From Abditibacterium sp. (lineage in GTDB: Bacteria; Armatimonadota; Abditibacteriia; Abditibacteriales; Abditibacteriaceae): a stretch of 64,000 nt of DNA. Below, piece by piece: positions 17,740 through 27,275 of the stretch. Position 1 is the first letter of the stretch. The number at the start of each line of letters is the position of its first letter. The notes below the pieces were generated by a model that ran no database searches, was not told the origin of the DNA, and worked only from the letters and a program-made list of their open reading frames with translations. The stretch lies in assembly GCA_965246885.1 (NCBI GenBank), contig OZ251992.1, forward strand, positions 2,656,001 to 2,720,000. The letters are read 5' to 3'. The translations under genes and the position numbers were made by a program.

Positions 17740-20304
17740 ATGCACTGCTTCTCTTCCGCTTGTGTTTCGCTGTTTCTCGTTGGCAACGGCCTATTCGCCA
17801 CGCTTCCCTGCCACGCCGCGCCTGCGCCCGCGCCGCTACCGACGGGGCGGTTCCTGTCGCCCTTGGGCGCGCAGACCGATGTCGGCAGTTTTCCGGCGAA
17901 CATGGCGCTTTCGCCCGATGGCCGCTTCGTGCTCGTCACCAATGTCGGAGCGCGCGAGTACGTCTCCGTGTTGCGCGCGGATAGTGGCGCGCTCGTGTCG
18001 CGCCTTGACTGGAACACGCCCAGCCCCGTCTTTCCTCACAAAAAGCGCGCCTTGTACTTCGGCCTCGTTTGCGGTGCGGCTCACGATGGTCAGACCCCGG
18101 TTTACGTTTCGTGCGGCGGGGAAGGCACCGTCGCCGTCTTGTCGCTTGCAAGCAACGGAACCCTGACCGATAGCGGGCGCACTCTTGGCCAACCTGCCGA
18201 TGCCAACAAGCCGCTCGCGTTCTTGGCGGGCTTATCTCTCAGCAGCGACGGCGCGCGCTTGTATGCCGCTGATAACAGTGCTAACCCTACCAACGGCATG
18301 CGCGGCGCCTTGCAAATCATTGACGTAGAAAGCGGAAAAGTCGCGGCGCGCGTTGCCCTGCCCGGTTACGCCCTCGCCGTCGCCGCCACGCACGCCGACA
18401 AGGTCTATGTCTCCAGCGAGCAGAGCGGAGTCGTCAGCGTCGTGAACGGGCGCACCGGGCGCGTCGAGTGCACAATCGCAACCGGGATGCAACCCGCCGC
18501 CCTGCTCCTCGACCGCGCGGGGGGCCGCTTGTTCGTGTCCAACGCTGGAAGCGACACGCTGTCCATCGTGGACACGCGCACCCACAGCGTGACGCAAACA
18601 CTTCTGCTCCGTCCCACTTTCGCGCGCGGCCTCCCCGGAGCGACTCCGCTTGGTATGGCGCTTTCGCCAAACGGACGGCAACTCTATATCGCCATCGCTG
18701 ACCTAAACGCCGTCGCCGTTGTTCGCTTGAACGGCTCCCCCAACGCGCCCGCGCACCTCGCTGGTTTCCTGCCCGTCGGCTGGTATCCCACGAGCGCCAT
18801 CGTTGCTCCCAATGGCCACCGCTTGTTCGTCGCCAACGCCAAAGGCGCCCGTGTCGCCAATCCGAACGCCCACCCCAAGCCCGGACTCAAAGCGCGCCCG
18901 CAATACATTCTCAATATCATCGAGGGCACCGTCTCGACGCTCGATTTGCATACCCTGCCCCAATTAAACGATACGACGGCGCAAGTTATCCACAACGCGC
19001 GCGGGATAGCGGGCGCTTCGGCGGCTCTTGCCAACCCCGGCATCAAGCACGTCTTCTATGTTATCAAGGAAAACCGCACCTACGACCAAGTGCTCGGCGA
19101 CATCCCCGGCGGCAACGGTGATCCCGCGCTGACGCTTTTCGGACGCGCGGTCACGCCCAACTTGCACGCCCTTGCCGAGCGGTTCGCGTTGCTCGACAAC
19201 TTTTATTGTTGCGCCGAGGTGTCGGGCGACGGCTGGAATTGGTCAACGGGCGGCATGGTCTCGGAGTTTTCCGCGCGCAACGTGCCGCACAACTACGGGG
19301 GGCGACAGCGCCCCTACGACTTCGAGGGCACTAACAACGGCATCGCCATCAACCTCCTCGGCATCCCCGACGCAGGACGCTTGCCGGGTGGGTATTTGTG
19401 GGATTTATGCGCCGCGCACGGCGTCAGTTACCGCAACTACGGCTTTTTCACCGACGATCTCGAACTCCCCCGCACCCTGCCCGAAGAAGGCACCAAAGGA
19501 TTCCTCAACACCCCCACCCAGCGCGCACTGATGGGCCACAGCGACGCCGATTTCCGCCAGTTCGACCTGACATACCCCGACAGCGAAGCGTGGAGCCGCG
19601 CCGGAGTCGCCCCTGCTCCCAAACAAACCAAAAGCTACGGAAGCGGCCACTACTCTTCGCGCTTTTCTGCGTGGAAACGGGAGTTCGACGACGCCATCAA
19701 GAGCGGCACCCTACCCGCGCTGACGATGCTTCGTTTTATGCGCGACCACACTTCCGGCACCGCACCGGGGTTCTCCTCGCCCAGTGCGATGGTGGCCGAC
19801 AACGACTTCGCCGTCGGGCAACTGGTCGAGGCCATCTCCCACTCGCCCGTGTGGAAGTCGTCGGCCATCGTCGTCGTTGAAGACGACGCGCAGAACGGCT
19901 TCGACCATGTGGACGCTCATCGCTCGACCGCCTATGTCATCTCGCCCTTTGTCAGGGGCGGCACTTATTCCCGCTTTGGCAACACCGACAGCGCGCTCCG
20001 CACGGTCGAAGTCTTGCTGGGCTTACCGCCGATGACTTCTTACGATGCGAACGCGGCGCCGCTTGCAGTCTTTGGCGCCCGCCCTGACAACGCCGCGCCC
20101 TACACCGCCATCCTCCCGCCGCGCGCCATCTTGTCGGAGGTGAACACCGCCAAAGCCCCGCTTGCGGCGCAAAGTGCGCGTTTACTCAACCCGCTCCGCG
20201 AAGAATCGGCGCCCGACGAGAAATTGAACGAAATCCTCTGGCGCGCCCTCAAAGGCCGTGCCCCGATGCCCCGCCGCTCCGCGCCATCAGGGGCTGACGA
20301 CTGA
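17740..20304 (+). CDS. Secreted YncE/YVTN beta-propeller plus phosphoesterase (alkaline phosphatase superfamily) protein
   Basis: Signal peptide; propeller repeats (ALSPDG, PVGWYP, VANAKG); IKHVFYVIKENRTYDQVLGD, TPNLHALA, DHT.G, DND.AVG, EDDAQNG.DHVDAHRS. Confidence 0.9.
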   Translation: MHCFSSACVSLFLVGNGLFATLPCHAAPAPAPLPTGRFLSPLGAQTDVGSFPANMALSPDGRFVLVTNVGAREYVSVLRADSGALVSRLDWNTPSPVFPHKKRALYFGLVCGAAHDGQTPVYVSCGGEGTVAVLSLASNGTLTDSGRTLGQPADANKPLAFLAGLSLSSDGARLYAADNSANPTNGMRGALQIIDVESGKVAARVALPGYALAVAATHADKVYVSSEQSGVVSVVNGRTGRVECTIATGMQPAALLLDRAGGRLFVSNAGSDTLSIVDTRTHSVTQTLLLRPTFARGLPGATPLGMALSPNGRQLYIAIADLNAVAVVRLNGSPNAPAHLAGFLPVGWYPTSAIVAPNGHRLFVANAKGARVANPNAHPKPGLKARPQYILNIIEGTVSTLDLHTLPQLNDTTAQVIHNARGIAGASAALANPGIKHVFYVIKENRTYDQVLGDIPGGNGDPALTLFGRAVTPNLHALAERFALLDNFYCCAEVSGDGWNWSTGGMVSEFSARNVPHNYGGRQRPYDFEGTNNGIAINLLGIPDAGRLPGGYLWDLCAAHGVSYRNYGFFTDDLELPRTLPEEGTKGFLNTPTQRALMGHSDADFRQFDLTYPDSEAWSRAGVAPAPKQTKSYGSGHYSSRFSAWKREFDDAIKSGTLPALTMLRFMRDHTSGTAPGFSSPSAMVADNDFAVGQLVEAISHSPVWKSSAIVVVEDDAQNGFDHVDAHRSTAYVISPFVRGGTYSRFGNTDSALRTVEVLLGLPPMTSYDANAAPLAVFGARPDNAAPYTAILPPRAILSEVNTAKAPLAAQSARLLNPLREESAPDEKLNEILWRALKGRAPMPRRSAPSGADD

Positions 20305-20309
20305 ACGGG

Positions 20310-21743
20310 TTATGGGGACGGGGGAGTGTTTTCTACATCCACTTGGCGCGCGGGGACTTGATTGACCACGTTGCCGAGCGGCGCCAAAATGTGGCCGGGG
20401 TTGTTCGGCTCTTCTTGGGTGTCGGAGTTGCCTTTGAACAGAATCCCCTTGTCGGCGCTTCCGCCCACGCTGAGGAGCGAGACGGTGTGTAGCCCGTTGC
20501 GATTCCACAGCTTGGTGCCGAAGATGGCGCCCTTATCACTATCCCAAGGCCACAACACGCGGTAGGAAACGATATTGGTCAGGTCAGTGTTGGGCGTCGA
20601 GAACGGCTCCGTCGTGTCGTTCCAGTCGCCGGACTCTCCGTCTGGGCTGACCAGCTTTTGCCATTTCATTTCGCTCGCCCCGATGCCAGTGGACGCGATC
20701 AACTGGAGCACCGGGTCAACATGATTCTCGGCGTCGGGGTGTTGGTTGCCAACGAATTGCGGATCGGCGTCTTCGTGGACGCGCAGTTGCACGCTTTTGG
20801 TGCGCGGCATGAGGCGCGAAAGAGGGTAGACGTTGAACTCCATGCCCACCCACACGCGCGTATCCACCTGACGGGTAGATCCGGTGGGAGCGCCGTTGTC
20901 CACATCAATTAGCTCTGTCGTGCCACGTATCTCACCTTGGCGTTCCTTCATCACCAATAGGCGGGCCGCCCCAGAATCGCCGCCTTGGTTGACATTGATG
21001 TTATAGGCTATCCCCGCCGTGTGAAAGTGCCAGAAACCGTCGTTGTCTTTGCCCGAAGAGAAGGCGCGGAAATACCGCGACGGCAAACAGATTTTGGGCG
21101 AACGGCTGTAGTTGTTAATGATATGGGTGTAGACCGCGTGCGCCCGCTTCCAAGGGTAGTTGGGCGCGAATTCACCAACGACGAGGGTCGCGCCCGGCAT
21201 CCCCACAACAGCCTGTTGCGTCAAAACGTCGAAGGGGCGCGACAGCCCATCGGTGGAAACTTCGGCGTTGGCGAACCCCTCCTCGGTGACGCTCACGCGC
21301 GAAGGAACGGGGTCGCTTTTGAACGCGGGATTGGGCACCCAATCCAACTCACCGGTGATTGTGCCCGTGCTATCAATGAGGGTGTGCATCACCGTCGGGT
21401 CGGTGGAGATACCAACCAAGTCGGCCAGCGTGCCATTGAACAAGGCGCCCGACGTTGGGGACTCGATGATGGACGCGCCGGAAGCGAAGTGGTCGTTGAA
21501 GGGGTAAACCGGCGTTACCCACGACTGCGTGACGCCCTCAACTGGCCCCAAGGGGCCACCGGCTTTGAGAACTTCCCACGCTTTGTTGTTGGTGTTGTCA
21601 TAGCGCGTGGTGCCCGCGCAGTGAAGCACGACGACCCACTTCGCGTGCGCGGGCGCGGGGTGGAAAGTGAGCGCGGCGAGGGCCACCGCGAGGGTGACGG
21701 CGCCCGAAGCGAAGGAACGAGGATTCTTAAATAAGGAAAACAT
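20310..21743 (-). CDS. Secreted hypothetical protein
   Basis: 477-aa ORF with a signal peptide ending PAHA; beta-rich; no family recognised. Confidence 0.7.
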   Translation of the reverse strand: MFSLFKNPRSFASGAVTLAVALAALTFHPAPAHAKWVVVLHCAGTTRYDNTNNKAWEVLKAGGPLGPVEGVTQSWVTPVYPFNDHFASGASIIESPTSGALFNGTLADLVGISTDPTVMHTLIDSTGTITGELDWVPNPAFKSDPVPSRVSVTEEGFANAEVSTDGLSRPFDVLTQQAVVGMPGATLVVGEFAPNYPWKRAHAVYTHIINNYSRSPKICLPSRYFRAFSSGKDNDGFWHFHTAGIAYNINVNQGGDSGAARLLVMKERQGEIRGTTELIDVDNGAPTGSTRQVDTRVWVGMEFNVYPLSRLMPRTKSVQLRVHEDADPQFVGNQHPDAENHVDPVLQLIASTGIGASEMKWQKLVSPDGESGDWNDTTEPFSTPNTDLTNIVSYRVLWPWDSDKGAIFGTKLWNRNGLHTVSLLSVGGSADKGILFKGNSDTQEEPNNPGHILAPLGNVVNQVPARQVDVENTPPSP

Positions 21744-21830
21744 GGCGGCAAAAGACAGGCAAAGGCCAAGCGGAAAAATAAAGGATGGCGGGCGCTTAAA
21801 GCCAAAGCGAAAGCGTCCGCCAAACGGGGG

Positions 21831-24800
21831 TTACGGAGTCGTGGGCGCAGGATGCGCGTCGTAGAAACCCAGCAGTTGCGGCCCGACTTGCGGCTCGCCC
21901 GGCTCAAGGAACACCGGCGCGGGCGCGCCGTTGAGAAGCGCGATGGCTTCCACCATCACCGGCCCTTCGCGCCCATCCGAAGCGAGCGAGATGGTGGCGA
22001 CGCCGCCCGCGTCAGTCACGGCCAAGTTGTGGTCGGCGCCACTGCCACCGAGGTTGCCCGCGCTTGTGCCGTCCGCGAAGTAAGCACGAAAACGCACGGT
22101 CATCCCGCTTTGCGTGGCGCCCGTCTCGTCGGTAACAGTGGCAGTCAGAGTAGTTTGTCCGTCCGCCCCGCCACCGATACGGAGATACGGAGTGATAACT
22201 ACCAAGTCCACGCTGTATTTATGCGGCACGTCTTGGTCGGGAATGAGCGCCACGCTGACCGTGTTGCCCGACTCGGCGCTGATGACTTGGCGATGCCCGC
22301 TCGTTTGGAGCCAATACGTTGGCCCGGTCACCGTATCGCTTCCGTTTGTCCACAACGGCTTGACCTGCGGGTCGAGCGGCCAAGGAAAGTCGGGAAGCGC
22401 CGGGACGCCGCGCAAGCCGAGAATTTGTCCGCTCTTGACCGGGATTCCGGGCTGTGTCGTCGGGTCGCCCGGCAGCAGAAGCGGTGCGGGCATCCAGTGG
22501 CCCCCATCGCACTGGCAGTCGGAATACTCGACGCCAACAATTTTCTGAAACGCCACGCCCGCCACCACCGCATCGGTGGCCGTCGGGTCAGCCACCGAAG
22601 CCGCGCTCACCAAGAAGTTGCGGAATACCTGACCGGGGTTGGCCGGGTCGGGGTCTACTTCCATATGTATCTCGTAGCCGTCGCCCGGTTGCAGAAGCGG
22701 CGTCGTCCAGCCCCCAACTCCCCCAACGCCCGTTATGGCGGCGGTGATGTCGTTGCCACCGGTGCCGCCTTGAAGCGCGTCGAAGTAGTGCACGATCCAA
22801 CCGTCGCCGCTCCCCGGAGCGGTCAATTGGAACGAGTCGGGCGCGAGGCCATCGTTTTCAACGCGCAGATTGAAAGACATCCGACGCGTGCCACCCTCGA
22901 CCTGAGAAAGTGCCACGCGCTGGTTCGCGCCCGTCGTATTGGCTATACCTTGACCAACATAAGGATGCGACAAGTCGCTGGCGATCATCAAGTCCACGAC
23001 CGAGTTGCGCGTCACGGCGATGCCGACAGCGTCGCTCGTATTGTTTTCCTGCGCCGCCGTGCCGCTTATCAGGAGGGAATCGAGCGGCGCCGTCGTGCCA
23101 ACGGCGACCGGTGTAATTTCCACGCGCAGCGTCGGGACGCGGAAGGGGGCGTAATATCCGTCTTGGAAAGTGGTAGTTGTCCAACCGGCGCCGGTAATGG
23201 CGGCGGTGACTTCGTTGCCACTCGCATCATCGAAGTAGTGCGCGTCCCAACCGGCGAGCGCGGGCGGCGCTTGCAGGATAATGGGCGCGCCCGCGATGGA
23301 AGAAAGACCGCTCACGTAAGCCGTGACTTTTTGCCCGACGTTGGTGTTAGCGGCAAAGGTTTGCCCTGCGCCCGTCGCGTTCAAAACTCCGGCCCCCACG
23401 CCCGTATCTTTGGCCGAAGTCGGGGCCACCTGCAAGTCGAGGGTCGCTTTGGCGCGCGTAACGCTCGCCGTTACGACATCCACCGAGTTCCCATCGTGAA
23501 CCGAGATGGCGCGCACCGAAGCAGGGAGCGCGCTCGTAAGCGAGGCCGCCACCGAGGGCGTGCACTCCAAGCGCAAATCCATCTCGGCGCCCGCCGCGAC
23601 GGAACGCGACTGCCAACCCGTCCCCGTGAGTTGGCTCGTGATATCGTTGCCGCCCGTCGCGGCATCGAACAGCGACACCGTCCAGCCAGCCGGAACTGCC
23701 CCGACCAGACTCAAGCGGAATGAGTCCGCCGCCAGCCCGTTGTTTTGCAGTTGGACGGTATAAGCGCGCGTCACGCCCGTTGGCGCCACGTCGGAAACGG
23801 TCTCGAACTGGTTGTAAGCGTTCGGGGCGTCCGGTAGCGGATTGTAAGAATCGGCGCCGCGCGCCGTGCCGGAAGTATTGGACACGATCCGCAAGTCGGC
23901 GAGGTACTGCGCGGTTTGTTGATACGTCACATTCGCCGCCACCGCGTCCGTCGGCGAGGTGGCGAGCGGTTGCCCCGTCGCCACGAACGCTTGGAACAGT
24001 AGCGTCGTGTTCGTCGGGAGCGGCGTCACCCAGCTTTGCGCCGCGACATTCACCTCAACCACGAGCGTGGCGCCCGGCGAGAGAGAAGGCGTTAGCCAGC
24101 CTTGGTCTGTCGTTATCTGCCAACCCGCCGAGTAATCCTGCGTGCCGTCGGCGCCAAAGACTTGGTAGTTGGTGATCCATCCATCGGAGCCGTAACCCGG
24201 CCCCAGCAGGGTGAATTGGCGCGCAACGGTGCCGGTGTTTTTCAGCTTGAGTTCAAAAAGCGCCGGAATCCCTTGGTAGGTGTTGCCATAGGTTGTGCCC
24301 GCAATGGTCTGGTCTTGGCCGGTCGCGTTCACGACGCCTTCCCCGACCCACGAAGCGCTTCCCAGCCAAGGACGCCGGATGCTCAAGTCCACTCCGTCGG
24401 CGTCGCCGCTATGCCCGCCGCCACTTTGCACATGAATGGAAATGGTCGCGGGCGCGCTGTCGGCTTGGCCGTCGTTGGCGACAAAGGTAAACGTGTCGTC
24501 GCCCACATAATCTTGCGCTGGCAGGTAGTCCACAGCCGCTCCGGAGCCGTTAAGCGTCCCGTGAGAGGGGAGCGCTGTAATACGGTAGGTGAGCGCGTCG
24601 CCTTCGGCATCGGCGGCGTGAAGCAGCAGGTGCAACAACGTGTTCTGGGGCGTGGTGAAGGTCGTCGCCGGCATCTGAATCACCGGCGGGTGGTTGACAA
24701 ACGTCACCGTGACGGGCACCGTTGCCACGTTGGACAGCGCGACCCCGTCGCTCACTTGCACGTCGAAAGAATCGTCGCCGGAATACAGCGCGCTGGGCGT

Positions 24801-26855
24801 ATAAACGAAGTGCCCGCCCGCCGTAAAGGTGCACGCGCCATGCGCGGGCGCCCGTGCCAAAATGCTGACAAGAGCGGCAGTTTCGGCGGCGCTGTCCGCG
24901 TCGTTGACGGGCAAGGTGCCCACAAGCGGCGTTTCTTCGGGGGTCGTGAAGACCGTCGAGATGGCACCGATGGTGGGCGCGTGGTTGACGTGCGCGACAT
25001 GAAGCAGAACGGGAATCGGGTTCGAGGTGCCCGCGCTGTTGGTCGCGGTGTAAAAGAAGGAGTCGTCGCCGTAATACAGCGCGGCGGGGGTATAGGTGAA
25101 ACCCCCATCGGCGCCAACGGTCACTTGACCGTGCGACGGGCCAGATAGCAGCGCGGCAGTTTGCGGCTGACCGTGCCCATCATCATTGGCGAGCAGACCC
25201 AGAGCGGGCACTGCGAGTGGCTGCTCTTCATTTAGGCTGTACTCGTCCGATGCCCCCACTGGCGCGATACCGACGGTGAAGTTGTGGCTGACGAGCGGGC
25301 TTGCATTTCCGTAGCGATCGTAGGCGCGCGCCGTCAGGGTGTATTGCCCCAACGGAAGTTGCGCACCCGTTGGCAAGCCCGTCGTGCGCGCCCAAGTGGT
25401 ATCGGAGCGTGGCGCGAGATAAGCCACGCCCGCCGCCCACGCCGTGCCGTTCCAGTACTGCGTCGCGGTGCCGACGATCCGGCTCAGCGTCACGTCCACG
25501 CGCCCGACACCGCTTGGAACCGCCACCCCAGTTGCCGCGTCGGTCGCGGTGCCCGCGACCCGGCTCAAGCTCCGAATATAGGCCCCGTTAAGCGGCGCGT
25601 CGAGCGTCACCAAAGGCTTGGTCTTGTCTATCGGAACGACCGAGAAGGTGTTCGTCACGCTCGCGGCGTTGCCACTGCGGTCAACAGCCGAAACGCGCAC
25701 GCTGTATTTGCCAGAGGGAAGGTTTGCGCCCGATGGCAAGCCGGTGTTGATGTTCCAAACCCCGTTGGGTGACGAAAGGAGCAGCTTGGTGCCCACGCTC
25801 CACGCCGTTCCGTCCCAACTCTCGGTCGCGCCCGTCCACGTCCGGTAAAGTTGCACCGTCACGCGCTGGAGACCACTTGCCCCCTGACCGGGAGCGGGCG
25901 CATCCGTCGCGGTGCCCGCCACCAGCGTCAGTTCCGTCAACGCCGCATTCGCCGCAGGAGAAGCCAGCGCGATTGTGGGCTTGGTCGTGTCGTTACCAAC
26001 CGTGATGTTCCGGGCGGCGCTCGAAGCGTTGCCCGCGCGGTCAAGGGCGGTCGCGCGCAGGGCGTACAACCCTATTGGCAAGTTCGCGCCCGTCGGCAGT
26101 TGCGTGCCGAAACTCCAACGCCCCGCGCTGATTTGACCCGGCACAAAAGCGTCTCCCACGCTCCAATCGGTGCCGTTCCACGTTTCCGTCGCGCCGCTCC
26201 ATGTGCGCGTCAAGCGCAGTTGCAGTTGGGCGATGCCGCTTCCGCTTGCGCCGTCGCTACAAACACCGCCCGCGCCCGACAAATCGGGCACCGCCGCGAC
26301 GGGCGCATCAATGGTCAGCGCGGGCGCCGTCGCGTCCACGCGAAAGTGCGACGACGCGCGGCCAGTCTGCCCCTTGTCGTCACTCACTTGAACATCGAGC
26401 GCATATGGCCCGTCGGGAAGCGTGCCCGCAGCAAACGAGAGCGGTAGCGTCCACGCGGTGCGCGCGCCGTTCAGCGTTGCAGTTAGCGGAGCCGGAGCCG
26501 CCGCCCAAGCGGTGCCCGACCAGACCAACCCATCGCCGCGCGTCAAAAGCGGCGACACACCCACGAGCGCCCGTCCGCGCCCTGCGCGCACCCCACCCGC
26601 AAGCGAGGAAAAAGAGCGCACGATCTTTCCATCGGCCACAGACGAGATGGATACGGTGGGCGGCGAAAGGGGAATCGGCGTGGCTGTGGGCAGTGGCGTC
26701 GGCGTCGGCTTGGGCGTCGCCGTTGGCCTTGGAGTTGCAGTGGGTTTTGGAGTCGGCGTGGGAGCCGAAAACGCGGGCGGAGTGGCCAAAACTGCGCACA
26801 GGGCCGCAGAGAACCCGAAAAGCACGCTCAATTTGCCAGAAGAAAGGGATGGCAT
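21831..26855 (-). CDS. Large secreted Ig-like repeat protein (putative adhesin or surface protein)
   Basis: Signal peptide; PT-rich linker; 4 Ig-like repeats with WxGTxW; about 3 tandem-95/cadherin-like repeats (P.HG......DG.FTYTP...Y.GDDSF); further beta repeats; C-terminal invasin-like domain (TDAGGVAT). Confidence 0.85.
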   Translation of the reverse strand: MPSLSSGKLSVLFGFSAALCAVLATPPAFSAPTPTPKPTATPRPTATPKPTPTPLPTATPIPLSPPTVSISSVADGKIVRSFSSLAGGVRAGRGRALVGVSPLLTRGDGLVWSGTAWAAAPAPLTATLNGARTAWTLPLSFAAGTLPDGPYALDVQVSDDKGQTGRASSHFRVDATAPALTIDAPVAAVPDLSGAGGVCSDGASGSGIAQLQLRLTRTWSGATETWNGTDWSVGDAFVPGQISAGRWSFGTQLPTGANLPIGLYALRATALDRAGNASSAARNITVGNDTTKPTIALASPAANAALTELTLVAGTATDAPAPGQGASGLQRVTVQLYRTWTGATESWDGTAWSVGTKLLLSSPNGVWNINTGLPSGANLPSGKYSVRVSAVDRSGNAASVTNTFSVVPIDKTKPLVTLDAPLNGAYIRSLSRVAGTATDAATGVAVPSGVGRVDVTLSRIVGTATQYWNGTAWAAGVAYLAPRSDTTWARTTGLPTGAQLPLGQYTLTARAYDRYGNASPLVSHNFTVGIAPVGASDEYSLNEEQPLAVPALGLLANDDGHGQPQTAALLSGPSHGQVTVGADGGFTYTPAALYYGDDSFFYTATNSAGTSNPIPVLLHVAHVNHAPTIGAISTVFTTPEETPLVGTLPVNDADSAAETAALVSILARAPAHGACTFTAGGHFVYTPSALYSGDDSFDVQVSDGVALSNVATVPVTVTFVNHPPVIQMPATTFTTPQNTLLHLLLHAADAEGDALTYRITALPSHGTLNGSGAAVDYLPAQDYVGDDTFTFVANDGQADSAPATISIHVQSGGGHSGDADGVDLSIRRPWLGSASWVGEGVVNATGQDQTIAGTTYGNTYQGIPALFELKLKNTGTVARQFTLLGPGYGSDGWITNYQVFGADGTQDYSAGWQITTDQGWLTPSLSPGATLVVEVNVAAQSWVTPLPTNTTLLFQAFVATGQPLATSPTDAVAANVTYQQTAQYLADLRIVSNTSGTARGADSYNPLPDAPNAYNQFETVSDVAPTGVTRAYTVQLQNNGLAADSFRLSLVGAVPAGWTVSLFDAATGGNDITSQLTGTGWQSRSVAAGAEMDLRLECTPSVAASLTSALPASVRAISVHDGNSVDVVTASVTRAKATLDLQVAPTSAKDTGVGAGVLNATGAGQTFAANTNVGQKVTAYVSGLSSIAGAPIILQAPPALAGWDAHYFDDASGNEVTAAITGAGWTTTTFQDGYYAPFRVPTLRVEITPVAVGTTAPLDSLLISGTAAQENNTSDAVGIAVTRNSVVDLMIASDLSHPYVGQGIANTTGANQRVALSQVEGGTRRMSFNLRVENDGLAPDSFQLTAPGSGDGWIVHYFDALQGGTGGNDITAAITGVGGVGGWTTPLLQPGDGYEIHMEVDPDPANPGQVFRNFLVSAASVADPTATDAVVAGVAFQKIVGVEYSDCQCDGGHWMPAPLLLPGDPTTQPGIPVKSGQILGLRGVPALPDFPWPLDPQVKPLWTNGSDTVTGPTYWLQTSGHRQVISAESGNTVSVALIPDQDVPHKYSVDLVVITPYLRIGGGADGQTTLTATVTDETGATQSGMTVRFRAYFADGTSAGNLGGSGADHNLAVTDAGGVATISLASDGREGPVMVEAIALLNGAPAPVFLEPGEPQVGPQLLGFYDAHPAPTTP

Positions 26856-27049
26856 GGGAACAAATGGGCGAAAAATAGGGATGGCTCACGCCCATAATGA
26901 CAAGAAGGCGCAAACTTTCAGAGGGAGCATAGCAGGTGAAACCAACGGCGGCAAGGGGATAACTGCGCCGCGTCTCCAAAAGACTCGCTCACTCTTAGCC
27001 CTGTCTTACAGCACAAGCGGCACCGCCAAGATTTCCGCCTTTCCCGCCG

Positions 27050-27217
27050 CAAGGGGCGTCTGCCACTCGTCCACCGCCCTCCCGGAATCATCCGCCGCCC
27101 TCTGTCGTTCTCTCGCCGCCATGCGCCACCGGGCGACAAACGTCTGCCATCCCTTCACAGACGTCTGCCACTCGTCCGCCGCCCTTCCGGAGCCGCCCGC
27201 CGACGTCTGGAAGTGCA
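27050..27217. repeat. 21-bp-period degenerate palindromic array (8 units)
   Basis: Includes cgacaaacgtctgccatccct / tcacagacgtctgccactcgt / ccgccgacgtctggaagtgca; an internal block of about 30 bp recurs at 105 bp (5x21). Confidence 0.8.
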
Positions 27218-27275
27218 TCACCAGAACCGGTCAGAAGGCAAGTGCACTTCGAGTGCGCTTTTCATGCTTCCATTT

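Noticed and set aside
26690..26765. Short tandem DNA repeats in the large surface-protein gene
   Set aside because: Explained by the Pro/Thr linker (TPKPTATP) coding sequence.
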